A stretch of DNA of 62,231 bases. It comes from Spirogloea muscicola (Eukaryota). A program made the position numbers and the translations under genes. The notes beneath the pieces are model-generated. The model was not told the DNA's origin and did not search any database. It was given only the letters and a program-made list of their open reading frames with translations. This document shows positions 39,541 to 51,870 of this stretch, piece by piece (positions within the stretch are counted from its first letter, which is position 1; each line of letters begins with the position of its first letter). Location of the stretch: positions 103,214-165,444 of the forward strand of contig WELB01000021.1 of the NCBI GenBank assembly GCA_009602725.1, read 5' to 3'.

Positions 39541-40217
39541 TACTCACTCCATTCTTTGGGAGCGCCACTTTCAACCTTATTTTGTCCTTCCCAGCCTTCT
39601 CGCAATCACATGGCGGGCTATGTTGAGATGGCTTCGGCCGTACGCGCTACTTTTCCACAGCGCCCTGTGCAGCCGGGCGCTGGGCAGGCCACGTGGGCAT
39701 CCCCTGGCACTCACCTAGACAGCTGCCCTTGCCTGCCTGCCGCCTCGTCTTACAAGGGCACTTCCAACCTTACATGGCAGCTGAGACCTTGCACAGCTGC
39801 CCGCCTTCAAAGTTGCTCCTCCATGCTGAAGTTCACAAGCAGACCTGGTGCCTTCATCACCCTCCCTGAATACTTTCTTACCTGACTGCGTGTAAAATCA
39901 ATGTAAAGACAAGAATCACAGCCACGCCGGCTTTCACTAGAATTATGCACTGTAGCATAGTGCTCTTAGGCCAGTCATTGAAGCATCCAATCAACATAGG
40001 CAGTTGTGTTGGATGGTGCAGCCTTTGATGATGAGTGCCCAGAAAGTACTGAGCAGGCGGGGGAAGGTGTATCAAGTAGCTGCGCAAGCCAGGCAGCCGG
40101 CTGGGAGAGCATAAGCGCTGGTCTGCTAGGCGCAAGAACTTGCGAGCAGGCACAAGCATACGCCACCAATGCTGGTAGAGCTGGTGGGATGACAGTGACT
40201 CGGGGACGGTGGCGGTC

Positions 40218-41116
40218 TTATGATACAACGGCCCGATTGCGGCTCGTTGCTATCATCTCTTTGATCTCGTCCAGCACCATCCAGGGCTTGTGGCCACCAA
40301 TGACCTCCGCGTCCCATTTGCCATCCCGCCATAGCTGCGCACACATGGCAACTCAAGCTGCAGTCAAGCTGACCATGTCCAGCCTGCTATTTGTGCGATC
40401 TCTACCTTCCTTGCTGTCCTCTTTCCACATGTCCTCTTTGTAAGCAAGCAGTGGCAGGTCAGCGCAGGAGAGCTGGACGGGAGCAGAGAGAAGGAGGGGA
40501 GTAAGCAGAAGGTGGGCATGAAAGAATGGGTCTGCGACGCTTCACCTGGATGGTGGGCATCTTCTGAGGATGCAGCAATTGGATACAGCGCCAGCAACGC
40601 ATGATAGGGCGCCAGCATGCCGAGGGGGTCAGTTGTAGCACTTGCAGCGAAACTATTTGAGCATGAGCAGCTTGTGGCGGCGGTGCCAACTAGCAGGGGT
40701 CCAGCTGGCCATAAGCACGGAGGGATCTTGCTAGGGTCTGCAAATGACTCCGCTGACCAGCACATGCCATTCTTCCTTGGCTAACAGCCGAAGGCAGTGG
40801 ATAGGTAAGGTAGTGGAGGGTGTATCGAGCAGGAATCGCACCGTAACCTGACAGCGCTTGACGAGCGCCTGAGGCACGGCATTCACATCCACAACGCAGA
40901 AGCGGATGCTGCGTGCAGCCAACGCGTCGAGGTGAGGGGATGGTATGCTGGGCTCCGAGAGATTGGTGCCGCAACCTGCTGCTCATGAACCGATGGCAGC
41001 AAGGGCTTCTGGAGTAAGGGAGGAGGGAGCAAGAGCTGGCTCACTTGGGGTAGTCAACGGCCATCTTCTCCAGCTTGGGCTTGAGGTAGATGCACTTGCG
41101 GCACCACTGCGCCATC
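40218..41116 (-). CDS. WCRKC: WCRKC-type (thioredoxin-like 3) thioredoxin; exons 41116-41045, 40908-40842, 40563-40546, 40334-40218; 5' exons in or beyond the gap
   Basis: [79 protein letters not shown]...*. Not visible as a single ORF in the supplied track. Confidence 0.92.
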
Positions 41117-42084
41117 CTGCCGGCCAGCGCCGCCGGCCGAGCCGCTTCAGACCGCCGCCATGAACAGCACAGGCATTAATGCCGCGGGCGGGGGGGGGNN
41201 NNNNNNNNNNNNNNNNNNNNNNNNNNNNNNNNNNNNNNNNNNNNNNNNNNNNNNNNNNNNNNNNNNNNNNNNNNNNNNNNNNNNNNNNNNNNNNNNNNNN
41301 NNNNNNNNNNNNNNNNNNNNNNNNNNNNNNNNNNNNNNNNNNNNNNNNNNNNNNNNNNNNNNNNNNNNNNNNNNNNNNNNNNNNNNNNNNNNNNNNNNNN
41401 NNNNNNNNNNNNNNNNNNNNNNNNNNNNNNNNNNNNNNNNNNNNNNNNNNNNNNNNNNNNNNNNNNNNNNNNNNNNNNNNNNNNNNNNNNNNNNNNNNNN
41501 NNNNNNNNNNNNNNNNNNNNNNNNNNNNNNNNNNNNNNNNNNNNNNNNNNNNNNNNNNNNNNNNNNNNNNNNNNNNNNNNNNNNNNNNNNNNNNNNNNNN
41601 NNNNNNNNNNNNNNNNNNNNNNNNNNNNNNNNNNNNNNNNNNNNNNNNNNNNNNNNNNNNNNNNNNNNNNNGCCGCCTCCGCCGCAGGGCGCCGCCGCCG
41701 CGGCCGCCGCTGCCGGCGCCGTCGTCGCCGGGCTGATCCTGGCCTGGAAGCGATCCAAGGAAAATACGGCTGCTGATAATCAGAAAAGCGGCTGTGAAAG
41801 CCAGCCAATCTCATACTGAGCTCCACAAGGAGATATATGCTAATGCTTATATTTCTTTTTGAAAATTCTGAAACTAAATGCTGCTGAAAAGCCAGCCAAG
41901 TGGGCAAGAAGCATATCCACTCTCCTCCTCGCTTCCCTCCCTCCTCCCTGATCCGACCCCGAGCCGCCACGTGTCGATACCCTCACGTGCGTGCTCTGCT
42001 CCCCTTTCACACCTCTGGTTGTCAACCGTGGCACCGACGTGGCAAGCCATGGAGGTACCAGTCGGCAATGATGTGTCCAAAGTG

Positions 42085-42510
42085 ATTGATGGAAAGCCTG
42101 TGTGGCCAAGTATTAAGGCAAGCACATTGACAGAGTGTACATCACCTGCTGCTAAGCTGACTCGCTCAGTAACCACGAGTCAGCACATAGAGGTCGCTAA
42201 GTGATGCCCAAATACCGGACGGTAATTGAGAAGCTCTTGTGCCGCTAGCTAAGGCCTGACCAGCTTTCTGGTGCAAAGCATAAAAGAAATAAAGACATGG
42301 CTCGCCCATAGAGTAAGAGGGGCTAGCAAAGCCAGCCCCGAGGTGTGGGAAGAGATGTAGGAAGAGGTCCAAGGCAGGGTACTTCGCGGGAACCGGCCCA
42401 GTAGAAAGTGGATCTCCCAAAGAGCGAAGGCGCATCCCAAGAAGGGGGCAAGGGCTGTGAACAGCCAGCCCATGAAGAAACTTACAAGGTCCGAAGGGGC
42501 CAAGAGCGCC
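42085..42510 (-). mobile_element. Retroelement 3' end (ALHQKAGQALASG..SLSDLYVLTRGY*) preceded by 3'-UTR units of another copy
   Basis: Inverted copy of 39347-39540. Unit ggccccttcggaccttg..gggctggctgttcacagccc at 42445-42505 (-). Confidence 0.75.
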
Positions 42511-43799
42511 CAGCACCCAGTGCATTCCAGTGCTGTGCCATTGTTTTTGGGCTGCCCTCTCACAGTCATCGCCTTCTCCAAAGGAGATACTTCTCCTCCT
42601 ATGGCCACTGAACACATACACCAAAGAGTGCTGACGGTTACTTCCATCGCTCTCTGAATGCGTCCTTGACAAGTAATACTTGTCCATCTCTTGGGCCCGC
42701 AACAGTCCAAATGACATCCAATTCAACTCATAATACTCTGTGAACCCGTGTAAGCACTGTGGTGCCCATCATTTTATCAAGAAATTCTTGAAGCAGCTCT
42801 GGAAGGGGCGAGTGCTGCGAAAGGTTAGCCAAAGATCATTCAGGGATGAAGGCCAAAACAGGAATGCAGTCTATCCCGACTGGTGAGTCACAGCCTCTGA
42901 CTACTATAATTTGCCAAGTTCCCTTAGCTGCTGCCTTGAGCCACACACAACTTGTCAAGCTGCCTTGACGCACCCGCAACTAGCTAGCCATTGCTGACGC
43001 AGCTGATCCCACGCTAGCTCTCAACAAGTGTGAGCTTCGTCGCTAAGAGCTCTTCATTCTCTTGCACCAATCTTGTTCATACTTTCCTGGCTGGCTTTTG
43101 GCAGCCGATGCAAGCTCAGCTTCTCATTTTTGGGTAGCCCAACAGCCGACCTCTGCAGCCCTGCAAGGAGCTTCTTTCAGAACTTGTTCAACACCCGAGG
43201 CTGGGCATGTATTAAGTGGGAACATGTGACGCCGCTGCCGAAATCTTCGTATGGGTAGCAGAGGCTCAGCGTCAGCCTTACACAAAAGAGGCAGGAATGT
43301 GCTGTTGGCATCAGGTAAAGAAAGTAAACAGCAGCAGTGCTCAAACCAAAGCAACAAGAGCGTAGACGCCTAGAAGCCCTTGGGTTGCGCACACTGACCA
43401 AAGATAGGTACTACTCAGCAGAGAAGCTTTCATGTGTTGACATCATTGGTACGTGAAAGCAGCAACTCTATCGCGTCACCTCCAGATGCAGACGGTGTGA
43501 AGGGCAGAGCGCAGCCCAATCCGTGTGGCTACAAGTGCTCAATCTGCATCGAGCTCACTGGCCACCTGACCGCCACATGAGTCCTAGCTGCAACCGAACT
43601 CTCCTATCTAAGCGGTACTGCGATTGTTATCAAACAAGGACTAGCCAGGTGCTGTTGGTGCCTTAGACAGCTTCTTGGCATTTCCATTGAACCTATAAGC
43701 TGCTCGCGTCGTACATGCTGCCTCTCAAAGCCATTGCCTTGCTTTGAAAGTGCTTGTTTATTTCTGCCTTCTGCTTTTGTGAAGGCCCACTCTACTGCG

Positions 43800-43930
43800 A
43801 TGGTCCATCCTACACCCGTTCTGACAGCGCTTTTAGGCTCCTCCGTCATTTGGCCCCTTCAAACCTTAATTATTTTTTTCGGGCTGGCTTTTCACAGCCC
43901 TTGCCCCCATTGGGAGAGCCACTTTCTTTC
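43800..43930 (+). repeat. Retroelement 3'-UTR copy
   Basis: gtccatcctacacccgttctgacagcgc...gggctggcttttcacagcccttgcccccattgggagagccact matches the reverse complement of 7255-7381. Confidence 0.85.
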
Positions 43931-44970
43931 TTTGGTGAAGGGGCAGTGTTTGTTCCTGCACCTGTCGTGCTCAATCAGCCTGCCGCCCACGGCTGTGACT
44001 TTGCCGAGCAGTAGAGCTGCTCCTACTCGAATTTGTTTTTTGCAAAAAGAAGAAGCCCAGAGAGAGGAGAGGTCATCCACAGAAGTGGGCACTCGATTGG
44101 CCTCCTCTTCTACGTCAGCCCGTCAGACCGGCCGTCACAGCCACTTGCTCAAGATCCGCAGAAGCCTCCTGGTTGTGCTACTTGCGTTCTCGTGTGTTGC
44201 CGTTTTCCTGGACCCTGTGGGTGAGATCCAGACTGAATCCATGCTGCCATCTGCGCGAGATCCCCACGTCCTGCGCTGGGAGCTGGCGGGGGTTCCACAC
44301 GCTTCGCCAGCGGCCTGCCGAGCGCCCTGGAAAACACAGATCCCCACGGGTATGAGCCTGTGGGTTGTGTGGCTCGCCTGGGGTCCCCCCATTTCCTTCC
44401 CCCGCTTTGACTGGCCCCTTTCCGGAGTCCGCTCAGATCGAACGGCTGCAATATCGTGCTTCTGGGTTCCCACTGGCACGGTGGTCGCTCCTGCGCCATC
44501 GATCCCGACTTGAACAGACAGCCACCCGACACACGGCCCAGCGGGGCGAGCGGCGCCGCGCAGCCGGGGGGGAGTTCGATCCCCCTATCGGCTGACGCCG
44601 CTCTCCCGCAGCGAGGTTGCTTTTCGGGCCGGCCTTTCAGAAAGACAGAAAACGAGCAGCTCTTCGAGAAGGGCTAGCAAGGGGGCTAGAAGGGGGCTAG
44701 AGCTGTTTTAAAGCGAGCCAACATGAGGAAACAGACTGCAGTGTTGAGGAGCCGTGGCCCCCCTTGCAGCTAGCTACGTGCATCGCCTTTCTTGCAGAGC
44801 TTCGGCCCGCATTCTTGGCACACGCCTCTCGCCTGAGCAGTGCTTGGAATTGACTTGCACTTTTGATTCATGAGCACCGCGCGCCTTCCTCACCCAGCGG
44901 GAGATCAATAAGAAAAGCGGGAGATCCAATCCCCGACGCTTTTGAAGGGTGGGGGGTTGGGCGCAGCCAA

Positions 44971-45012
44971 CCACGTGGGGGCCGCGTAGAGCCGCGGCGC
45001 GTGCCACGTGGC
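44971..45012. promoter_or_regulatory. Paired G-boxes (CCACGTGG, GCCACGTGGC) upstream of the eEF3 gene
   Basis: Two palindromic CACGTG cores 33 bp apart in the GC-rich presumed promoter. Motif match only. Confidence 0.35.
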
Positions 45013-46016
45013 GAGCCCCCGGCCGCCCGACGGGGGCGGACCCGTCGGGCGGCCGGAATATGCCCGGTGCGCCGCCAAGCCCCCGACGGCCGCCCGACGG
45101 CGCCGCGGCAGGACCGCGGGGCGCNNNNNNNNNNNNNNNNNNNNNNNNNNNNNNNNNNNNNNNNNNNNNNNNNNNNNNNNNNNNNNNNNNNNNNNNNNNN
45201 NNNNNNNNNNNNNNNNNNNNNNNNNNNNNNNNNNNNNNNNNNNNNNNNNNNNNNNNNNNNNNNNNNNNNNNNNNNNNNNNNNNNNNNNNNNNNNNNNNNN
45301 NNNNNNNNNNNNNNNNNNNNNNNNNNNNNNNNNNNNNNNNNNNNNNNNNNNNNNNNNNNNNNNNNNNNNNNNNNNNNNNNNNNNNNNNNNNNNNNNNNNN
45401 NNNNNNNNNNNNNNNNNNNNNNNNNNNNNNNNNNNNNNGCCGCCGCCGCCGTCTGCCCTGCCGCGGCGCCGCCGCCGCCGCCGCCGCCGCTGCCTCGGCG
45501 TCCCTTCGTAGCCGCCGCTGCGGGTGCCTTCCCTGAGGCCGCCTCTGCGGTCGCTTCCCACGCTTACCCCAGCGCTGCTGCAAGGACCGCCGCTTCCCTG
45601 CACCACTGCCCCATCCTGCTGTTGTGAGATCCCGTTTCCCCTTTGTCTCGGTGGTGTCAGGAGGTCGTCCTTTGGGATTTTTATAAGGATCTCTGCCCTT
45701 GCAACAGAGTCTTTAGTCTGGAGTGCTCCAGGGCATGCTAGGAGCATGCAGTGCAAGTTCTGGCAAGTGTATTGAGTGTTAGAAGTTTTGCTGAGGTCGT
45801 AAACCCGTACAATCAGCGTCTTTTTCGGCTCGCACACTGTCAGAGGCCACTATTGTCTCTCTCTTGTTATGGGCTTTTCCATCTTGGGCTTTGACTTGGC
45901 GTCCTCTGGAATCAGACCCTGGCAAGTGCTACTTGTTGTGCCACTCATCGTGACTCGTCTTCAATTCTTGCAGAAGCTCTCCGCTGTCGGAGTCCTTTCA
46001 TTCACGGCCGCCAGCC

Positions 46017-49000
46017 ATGGCCGAGGAGGCCCCGGCTGCGCAGGCTCCTTCTGCTGTGGAAAGTGAGGAGAGCAAGTTGGTGGGTACCTTGCTGGAGAAG
46101 ATCTTGACGAGCAAGGCTGCAGAGGACAAGAAGGCCGCAGCTGGCGAACTTGCTGCCCTCCTCACAGACCATGGTGCCGGAGCTCTTAAGGTGAGGCGGG
46201 CGTTTCATGCTCGTACTGGGTGCGACCTTAACAAAATGGCCTGGAATGGCCTCTCATTGCGTGGTTTGGACATGCACATGTGCGTTTGCTCGCTGTTGCC
46301 GTTCTTCTGCTACTGTGGGCATTCTTTGGCCAAGTATGCATCCAAGAATATTAAGAAACGTTATGATTTTGACACCTGTCTTATAGCCTCAGGCTTTGAT
46401 CATTGCCGACTTTTCAACTCATATGCCTTCCTTGTATCATGGTTTGTGCAGGCTTATGGGGCCCTGGAGAGATTGACGGCCGCTATGGAGGATAAGAAGT
46501 CAGCTGTGGCTCGCGAGGGAGCTCTGCAGGCTGTTTTGAGCCTTCTTGAGGGCGAGAGCAAGCGCGACTGCGAGGCCTATGTTGTGCCCATACTGCCTAA
46601 GCTGATGGAGCGCCTTGGTGACAAGGTATGCACACCATCTGAATGCTTGTGTCAGCATCATACACCAGTTCTTACTAGAAGTGAGCATCAGTATAGGATA
46701 TATCGTGCGATGCGTGTCCAGTTTAGCAGTATATCAGGAAGTGACATCAGCAGAGGCTGTAGTGTATGATGCGTGTTCGGTCAGCGATGTGGCTTTCAGA
46801 TGTCTGAGCATTTGCGTTTCAAGCTTCTCATTGAAGTTGGTATGTTGGAATGTGCAGGCGAAGCCCGTGCAGACTTTGGCAAAATCTGCTGTGACTAAGC
46901 TATTCGAGATCATCTCTCCACATGCCACCAAGATTGTGGTTCCTGTCCTTCTTGAGAACATGGAGTATACCAAGTCTTGGCAGCAGAAATCCCTTGCACT
47001 TGAGCTCCTGGAACTCCTGTCAAAGAACGCCCGTCGACAATTGGCAGCTTGCCTGCCTGAGATTGTTCCTGTTGTCTCTGAGTGCTTCCACGACACAAAG
47101 GAGCAGGTCACAACGGCAGCTGTGGTTGCCATGAAGGCTGTCACCAGTGTGGTTGGGAACAAGGACATTGACCCCTTTGTCCCCGCTGTTATCAGCTGTA
47201 TTGCCCGGCCTGCTGAGGTTCCTGAGTGTGTGCACAAGCTCTCTGCAACCACTTTCGTTCAGGTATGTCTTCTATGTAAGGATGTCTCGCAGCAAATTGA
47301 TTCTTGGTATGTGTTGGAGAGGCTGTTTCTTACAGTAAATTAAAAGCCTCTGAATCTGCTGATATATATGTAGAAAGAGGAAAGTACCAATTGTTATTGC
47401 TTCACCATAGAACAAGGGAGGACTGTATATTGTGTGAGTGAATACCACTGTGGCAGCGGTTGTACATCACTCACAAACTCGTACTGAGTCATTTGTCTCA
47501 CAAACATGGGTTAATCTGGTGAATTGGGTTTTTGCTTGATATACAGACTGTGGAAGCCCCCACGCTGTCAATCATGGTGCCCCTGTTGGCCCGAGGCATG
47601 AATGAGCGCGCTGTCGCTATCAAGAGAAAGACAGCTGTCATTATTGACAACATGAGCAAAGTGAGCTTGCTCCCTCAATGTGTATAGTTTCATTGGGAGA
47701 CGAATGAACGTTGTAACACCATGAGCTTTGGAGTCTAGCCACCTCTGGGGTTCTTGTGTTGACCAGGCACAGTTGCTCCTGGTGTCTTGCAGCTTGTGGA
47801 CAACCCCGCAGACGCCGCCCCCTTCCTGCCGAAGCTCCTCCCTGGCTTGGAGAAGATGAGCAAGGAGGTGTCTGATCCCGAGTGCAGGCAGGTGGCAGCC
47901 AAGGCCCATGCCACACTTGTCCGTGTGGGAGGCGAGGGCAAGTTCACTGCGCCCAAGCCTGTCAATGAGGCGGTGGTTCTGTCGACGCTCAAGGAAGTTA
48001 TCAAGTCCAGCACCAAGGAGGAGGTTGACCAGTCCCAAATACGTACGCTGGAGTATGTGACGTCTTTGTGCGCAACCTTGATTGCAGCCAAGAGCTTTGA
48101 GATTGGCACCTGGAGGGACGAGGTAAGAAAACTTTCGTGTCAAACAAGGTGTATGCAAGCTTTCTGCTCTCTTTGTGGCAATTGAACTTCTGAGGGTGCC
48201 ACTAGATGGGCCTTGAGACGCAATCTGAGTTATGTTAGCGACGTGTTTGATTGTTCAGGTTATTGCTCCGTACTTAGCGCCAGTCATCAAGAAGGGCGAT
48301 TTTGAGGTTGTCAGCAGTGCCTTCCTGGCTCTGTGCGTGGAGGAGGCCAGGGAGAAGGTGGTTGAGGTCGACGAGGACCCTGCTCCTGACCTCTGCAACT
48401 GCGAGTTCTCCCTTGCTTATGGTATGTGCTCTGACTTTCATAATGTGAAGGGTGTATGTTTGATACTTTTGCTTGGTGCATTGCTTTGATATTTATGATC
48501 AGATTACTCTCATTTACCTTTGATGCTAGTCCTGAAGCATGGTCGTTGCGGTGTCTCACAGGTGGCAAAATTCTGCTGAACAATGCTCGCTTGCACCTCA
48601 AGAGGGGCCGGCGGTACGGTCTCTGCGGAGCCAATGGCTCTGGAAAGTCCACTCTCATGAGAGCCATTGCTAATGGCCAGCTGGAGGGCTTCCCCCCAAA
48701 GGAGGAGCTGCGCACGGTGTACGTGGAGCACGACATTGATGCATCTGAGGCTGACACACCGGTGCTGGAGTTCATCCTCCACGATTCCGCCCTGCAGGGT
48801 ATGCCTTGATTTGCTGCCCTTGCATATCACTTGGGCACTCTCGTTGTTCAAAGTGTCATTCATGTCTGTTTTGGAGCAGAATACCTTTGACTGCGCAAGA
48901 AATTTCTGCTCTAACAAATGACGATCTCTTGTGCAGATGCCACTCATCCTGCCCATGGCCATGTTGAGAGTGTGCTTGCCAGTGTTGGGTTCACAGAGGA

Positions 49001-50939
49001 GATGCTGAAGGCCCCAGTTGCCTCTCTGTCTGGTGGATGGAAGATGAAGTTGGCTCTTGGTTAGTGAATCTGACCTGTTTGCAACCATTGATCAACTGCA
49101 TCTGCATGTAGCTACTACCGCGGCATGACTCCTGTTGCAGTTTTGCTGCATGTATGGTGTTGCTTCAGTATCTTAGCTGACCAGTGGGAACATGTGAATT
49201 GGATGTCTGCAGCTCGGGCCATGTTGATGAAGGCTGATATCATGCTCTTGGATGAGCCCACTAATCATTTGGACGTCACCAATGTAGCCTGGTTGGAGAA
49301 CTACCTGACAAACCTGCCCGATGTGACAAGCATGCTTGTTTCTCACGATTCTGGCTTCCTGGACAATGTCTGCACAGACATCATCCACTACGAAAACTTG
49401 AAGCTGAAGCACTACAGGGTGAGTTGTAGTTATCAAAGATTCTGACACATTGCACGATACTGGAGGTTTTCTGAAATGCATTTCCTGTGACGCTGGTTAT
49501 TGTACACGCTGGTTATGTGACCATGCTTGCTCACATTAGGTCCCACTGCTGTTATGCAGGGCAACCTCTCTGAGTTCGTGAAGGTGAAGCCAGAGGCGCG
49601 CTCTTACTATGAGCTCGGCGCTGCCGAGATGAAGTTCAAGTTCCCAGAACCAGGTTTCCTGGAGGGCGTCAAGAGCAAGGACCGTGCCATTCTGAAGATG
49701 TACAACAACTCGTTCACCTACCCTGGCACCACCAAGGAGGTGCTGTCTGGCATCACTATCATGTGCAGCCTGAACTCCAGGGTGGCCGTTGTAGGTGCCA
49801 ATGGCGCCGGAAAGTCTACCATGATCAAGCTGCTTACAGGGGAGATGGAGCCCAACTCGGGCACGGTGTGGAAGCACCCCAACCTGCGCATGGCTTATGT
49901 CGCGCAGCACGCCTTCCACCACCTGGAGCAGCACTTGGACATGACGGCAAATCAGTACATCCAGTGGCGGTATGCCTCGGGTGAGGACCGTGAGGAGGTT
50001 GGCAAGGTGTCGCGGAAGGTGACCGAGGAGGAAGAGAAGAAGATGCAGGCGCAGCAGGTGCATGACGGCAAGAAGAAAGTTGTAGAGAAGCTTCTTGGTC
50101 GCCGGAAGCTGAAGAAGAGCTATGAGTACGAGGTCCAGTGGGTTGGCCTGCACTCCGATGACAACTCGTGGCTCACCCGCGACAAGCTTGAGGAAATGGG
50201 CTTTGCGAAGATGGTGAATGAGATAGATGCGAAGGAGGCAGCCAAGTCCGGGCTTTTCACGCGCCCGCTTACTGTTGCCAACATCGAGAAGCACCTGCTG
50301 GACTTTGGCATTGAGCCCGAGTTTGGTACTCACAATCGCGTTCGTGGCCTCTCGGGTGGACAAAAGGTCAAGGTGGTACTTGCTGCAGCCATGTGGAACC
50401 AGCCCCACATGCTGATCCTGGATGAGCCCACCAACTACTTGGATCGGGACTCTTTGGGGGCGCTGGCGAATGCCATCAAGGAGTATGGAGGTGGTGTTGT
50501 GATGATCACCCATAACAGTGGTAAGCTGCTCATTCCCATCTGATGGCAATCTGGGCTTACATGAGTCAGAGACGCTGCAAGGTCAGGGTGTATGTAGGCA
50601 ACCGTAGTGAAGATCGTATCATAGTAGCCTCAATTTCGAGGTCTCACCCCTGCAACTATGTATTGCATCTGTGCAGAATTCAGCTCCGCCCTTTGCCCTG
50701 AGACATGGATAGTTGCCAACGGCACACTTACGCCAAAGGGTCAGCCAGCTGCCGTGGTGGCGGCCCAAAAGTTGGAGTGGAAGCGGGAGGAAGAGACACT
50801 TGACCAGTTTGGCAACACCGTCAAGATCGCTGAGAAGAAGAAGGCTTTGAGCGCCAAGGAGAAGAAGAAGCGCGAGAGAATCAGAGCGATGAAAAAGAAG
50901 AATGGCGAGCCTGTGTCTGATTCTGAGGAGGAGGACTGA
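46017..50939 (+). CDS. eEF3: Translation elongation factor 3 (eEF3, ABCF-type); 11 exons: 46017-46190, 46452-46625, 46858-47262, 47547-47660, 47793-48122, 48259-48421, 48562-48798, 48937-49059, 49213-49418, 49560-50520, 50677-50939
   Basis: HEAT N-terminus ([35 protein letters not shown]); ABC1 ([44 protein letters not shown]); ABC2 with chromodomain insert ([27 protein letters not shown]); LSGGQKVKV; basic/acidic tail. Confidence 0.96.
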
Positions 50940-51870
50940 AGTAGCAGTGCACATGTTGTGATAGTATGTGCACTTAAGATTCCCTGCAGTGTGTTCGTGG
51001 CTAGATGCTCCGAGCCTCCTCCCTTTCAACCTCCGCCGAGGATCGGAGCGTGGACTTGGCTAACAGTGGCCAGATACTGCGTGGTGTGTGAGGGTGAGTT
51101 GTTGGGTTGTACTTCTGGTCTGTGCTGCGGTCGCTAGCACAGCGTCACGTCTTCCCTTGTCACCGCACCCGTGTGACCGCCCACATCATGTTCATTAGAA
51201 TAAGGTCGTGCTGTTGGTGTAGGGTTGTAGGCCTGTGGCCACTTGCAGTGGCGCCAAGCTAGGATGGTGCCCTTAGCTTATTGGAAGAGTTGATGTGCAT
51301 TGTTTGGAAAGAGGTGATTATACATGGGTCCATTGGCAGCTAGCATTATGCTGCGGAGAAACCCTGCTGAATGTCATAGGCCACTTTATCCAGCCTTGCA
51401 TTCTGATCAGCAAGTTACCTGGAACATGCCTTGACCAGCATCATATTTTTCTACTTCATCAGACATTTTACAATCTGCGCTAGTCCTCCCTTTGCTTTTG
51501 TCGCTCATCACATTGCTAGTCCAACTTGCTTATGTATCTGCTTATTACATGTGGCAGTAGTCACTAGTCGAAGTGCGGAATGGTCTCAAGCAATGTTACT
51601 CATACCTCGTCATTGTATCACCAACAAAAGAATAGTGAAGGCTAGAGTGGTCTGCAAATGTCAGCAGCTGGCTAGCTTGTTACCCAGCTACAGGGAGCTA
51701 GACTGCTTGCTTACGAATGCACACCTATACATTCGGCAGTAGCCCTGGCTAAACCATTGCAACTGCGATTGAGAAGCCCAGCAATTCTCAGCCGGGTCTC
51801 AATTCTGCAGTGAGCAGGGCCTCAATTATTCTTATTCGTACAGGCGCTCCTTGCCAAACAATGTGAGTCA

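Noticed and set aside
43734..44680. 259-aa ORF and neighbours upstream of eEF3
   Set aside because: Non-ATG start, runs through repeat remnants, no protein-like motif.
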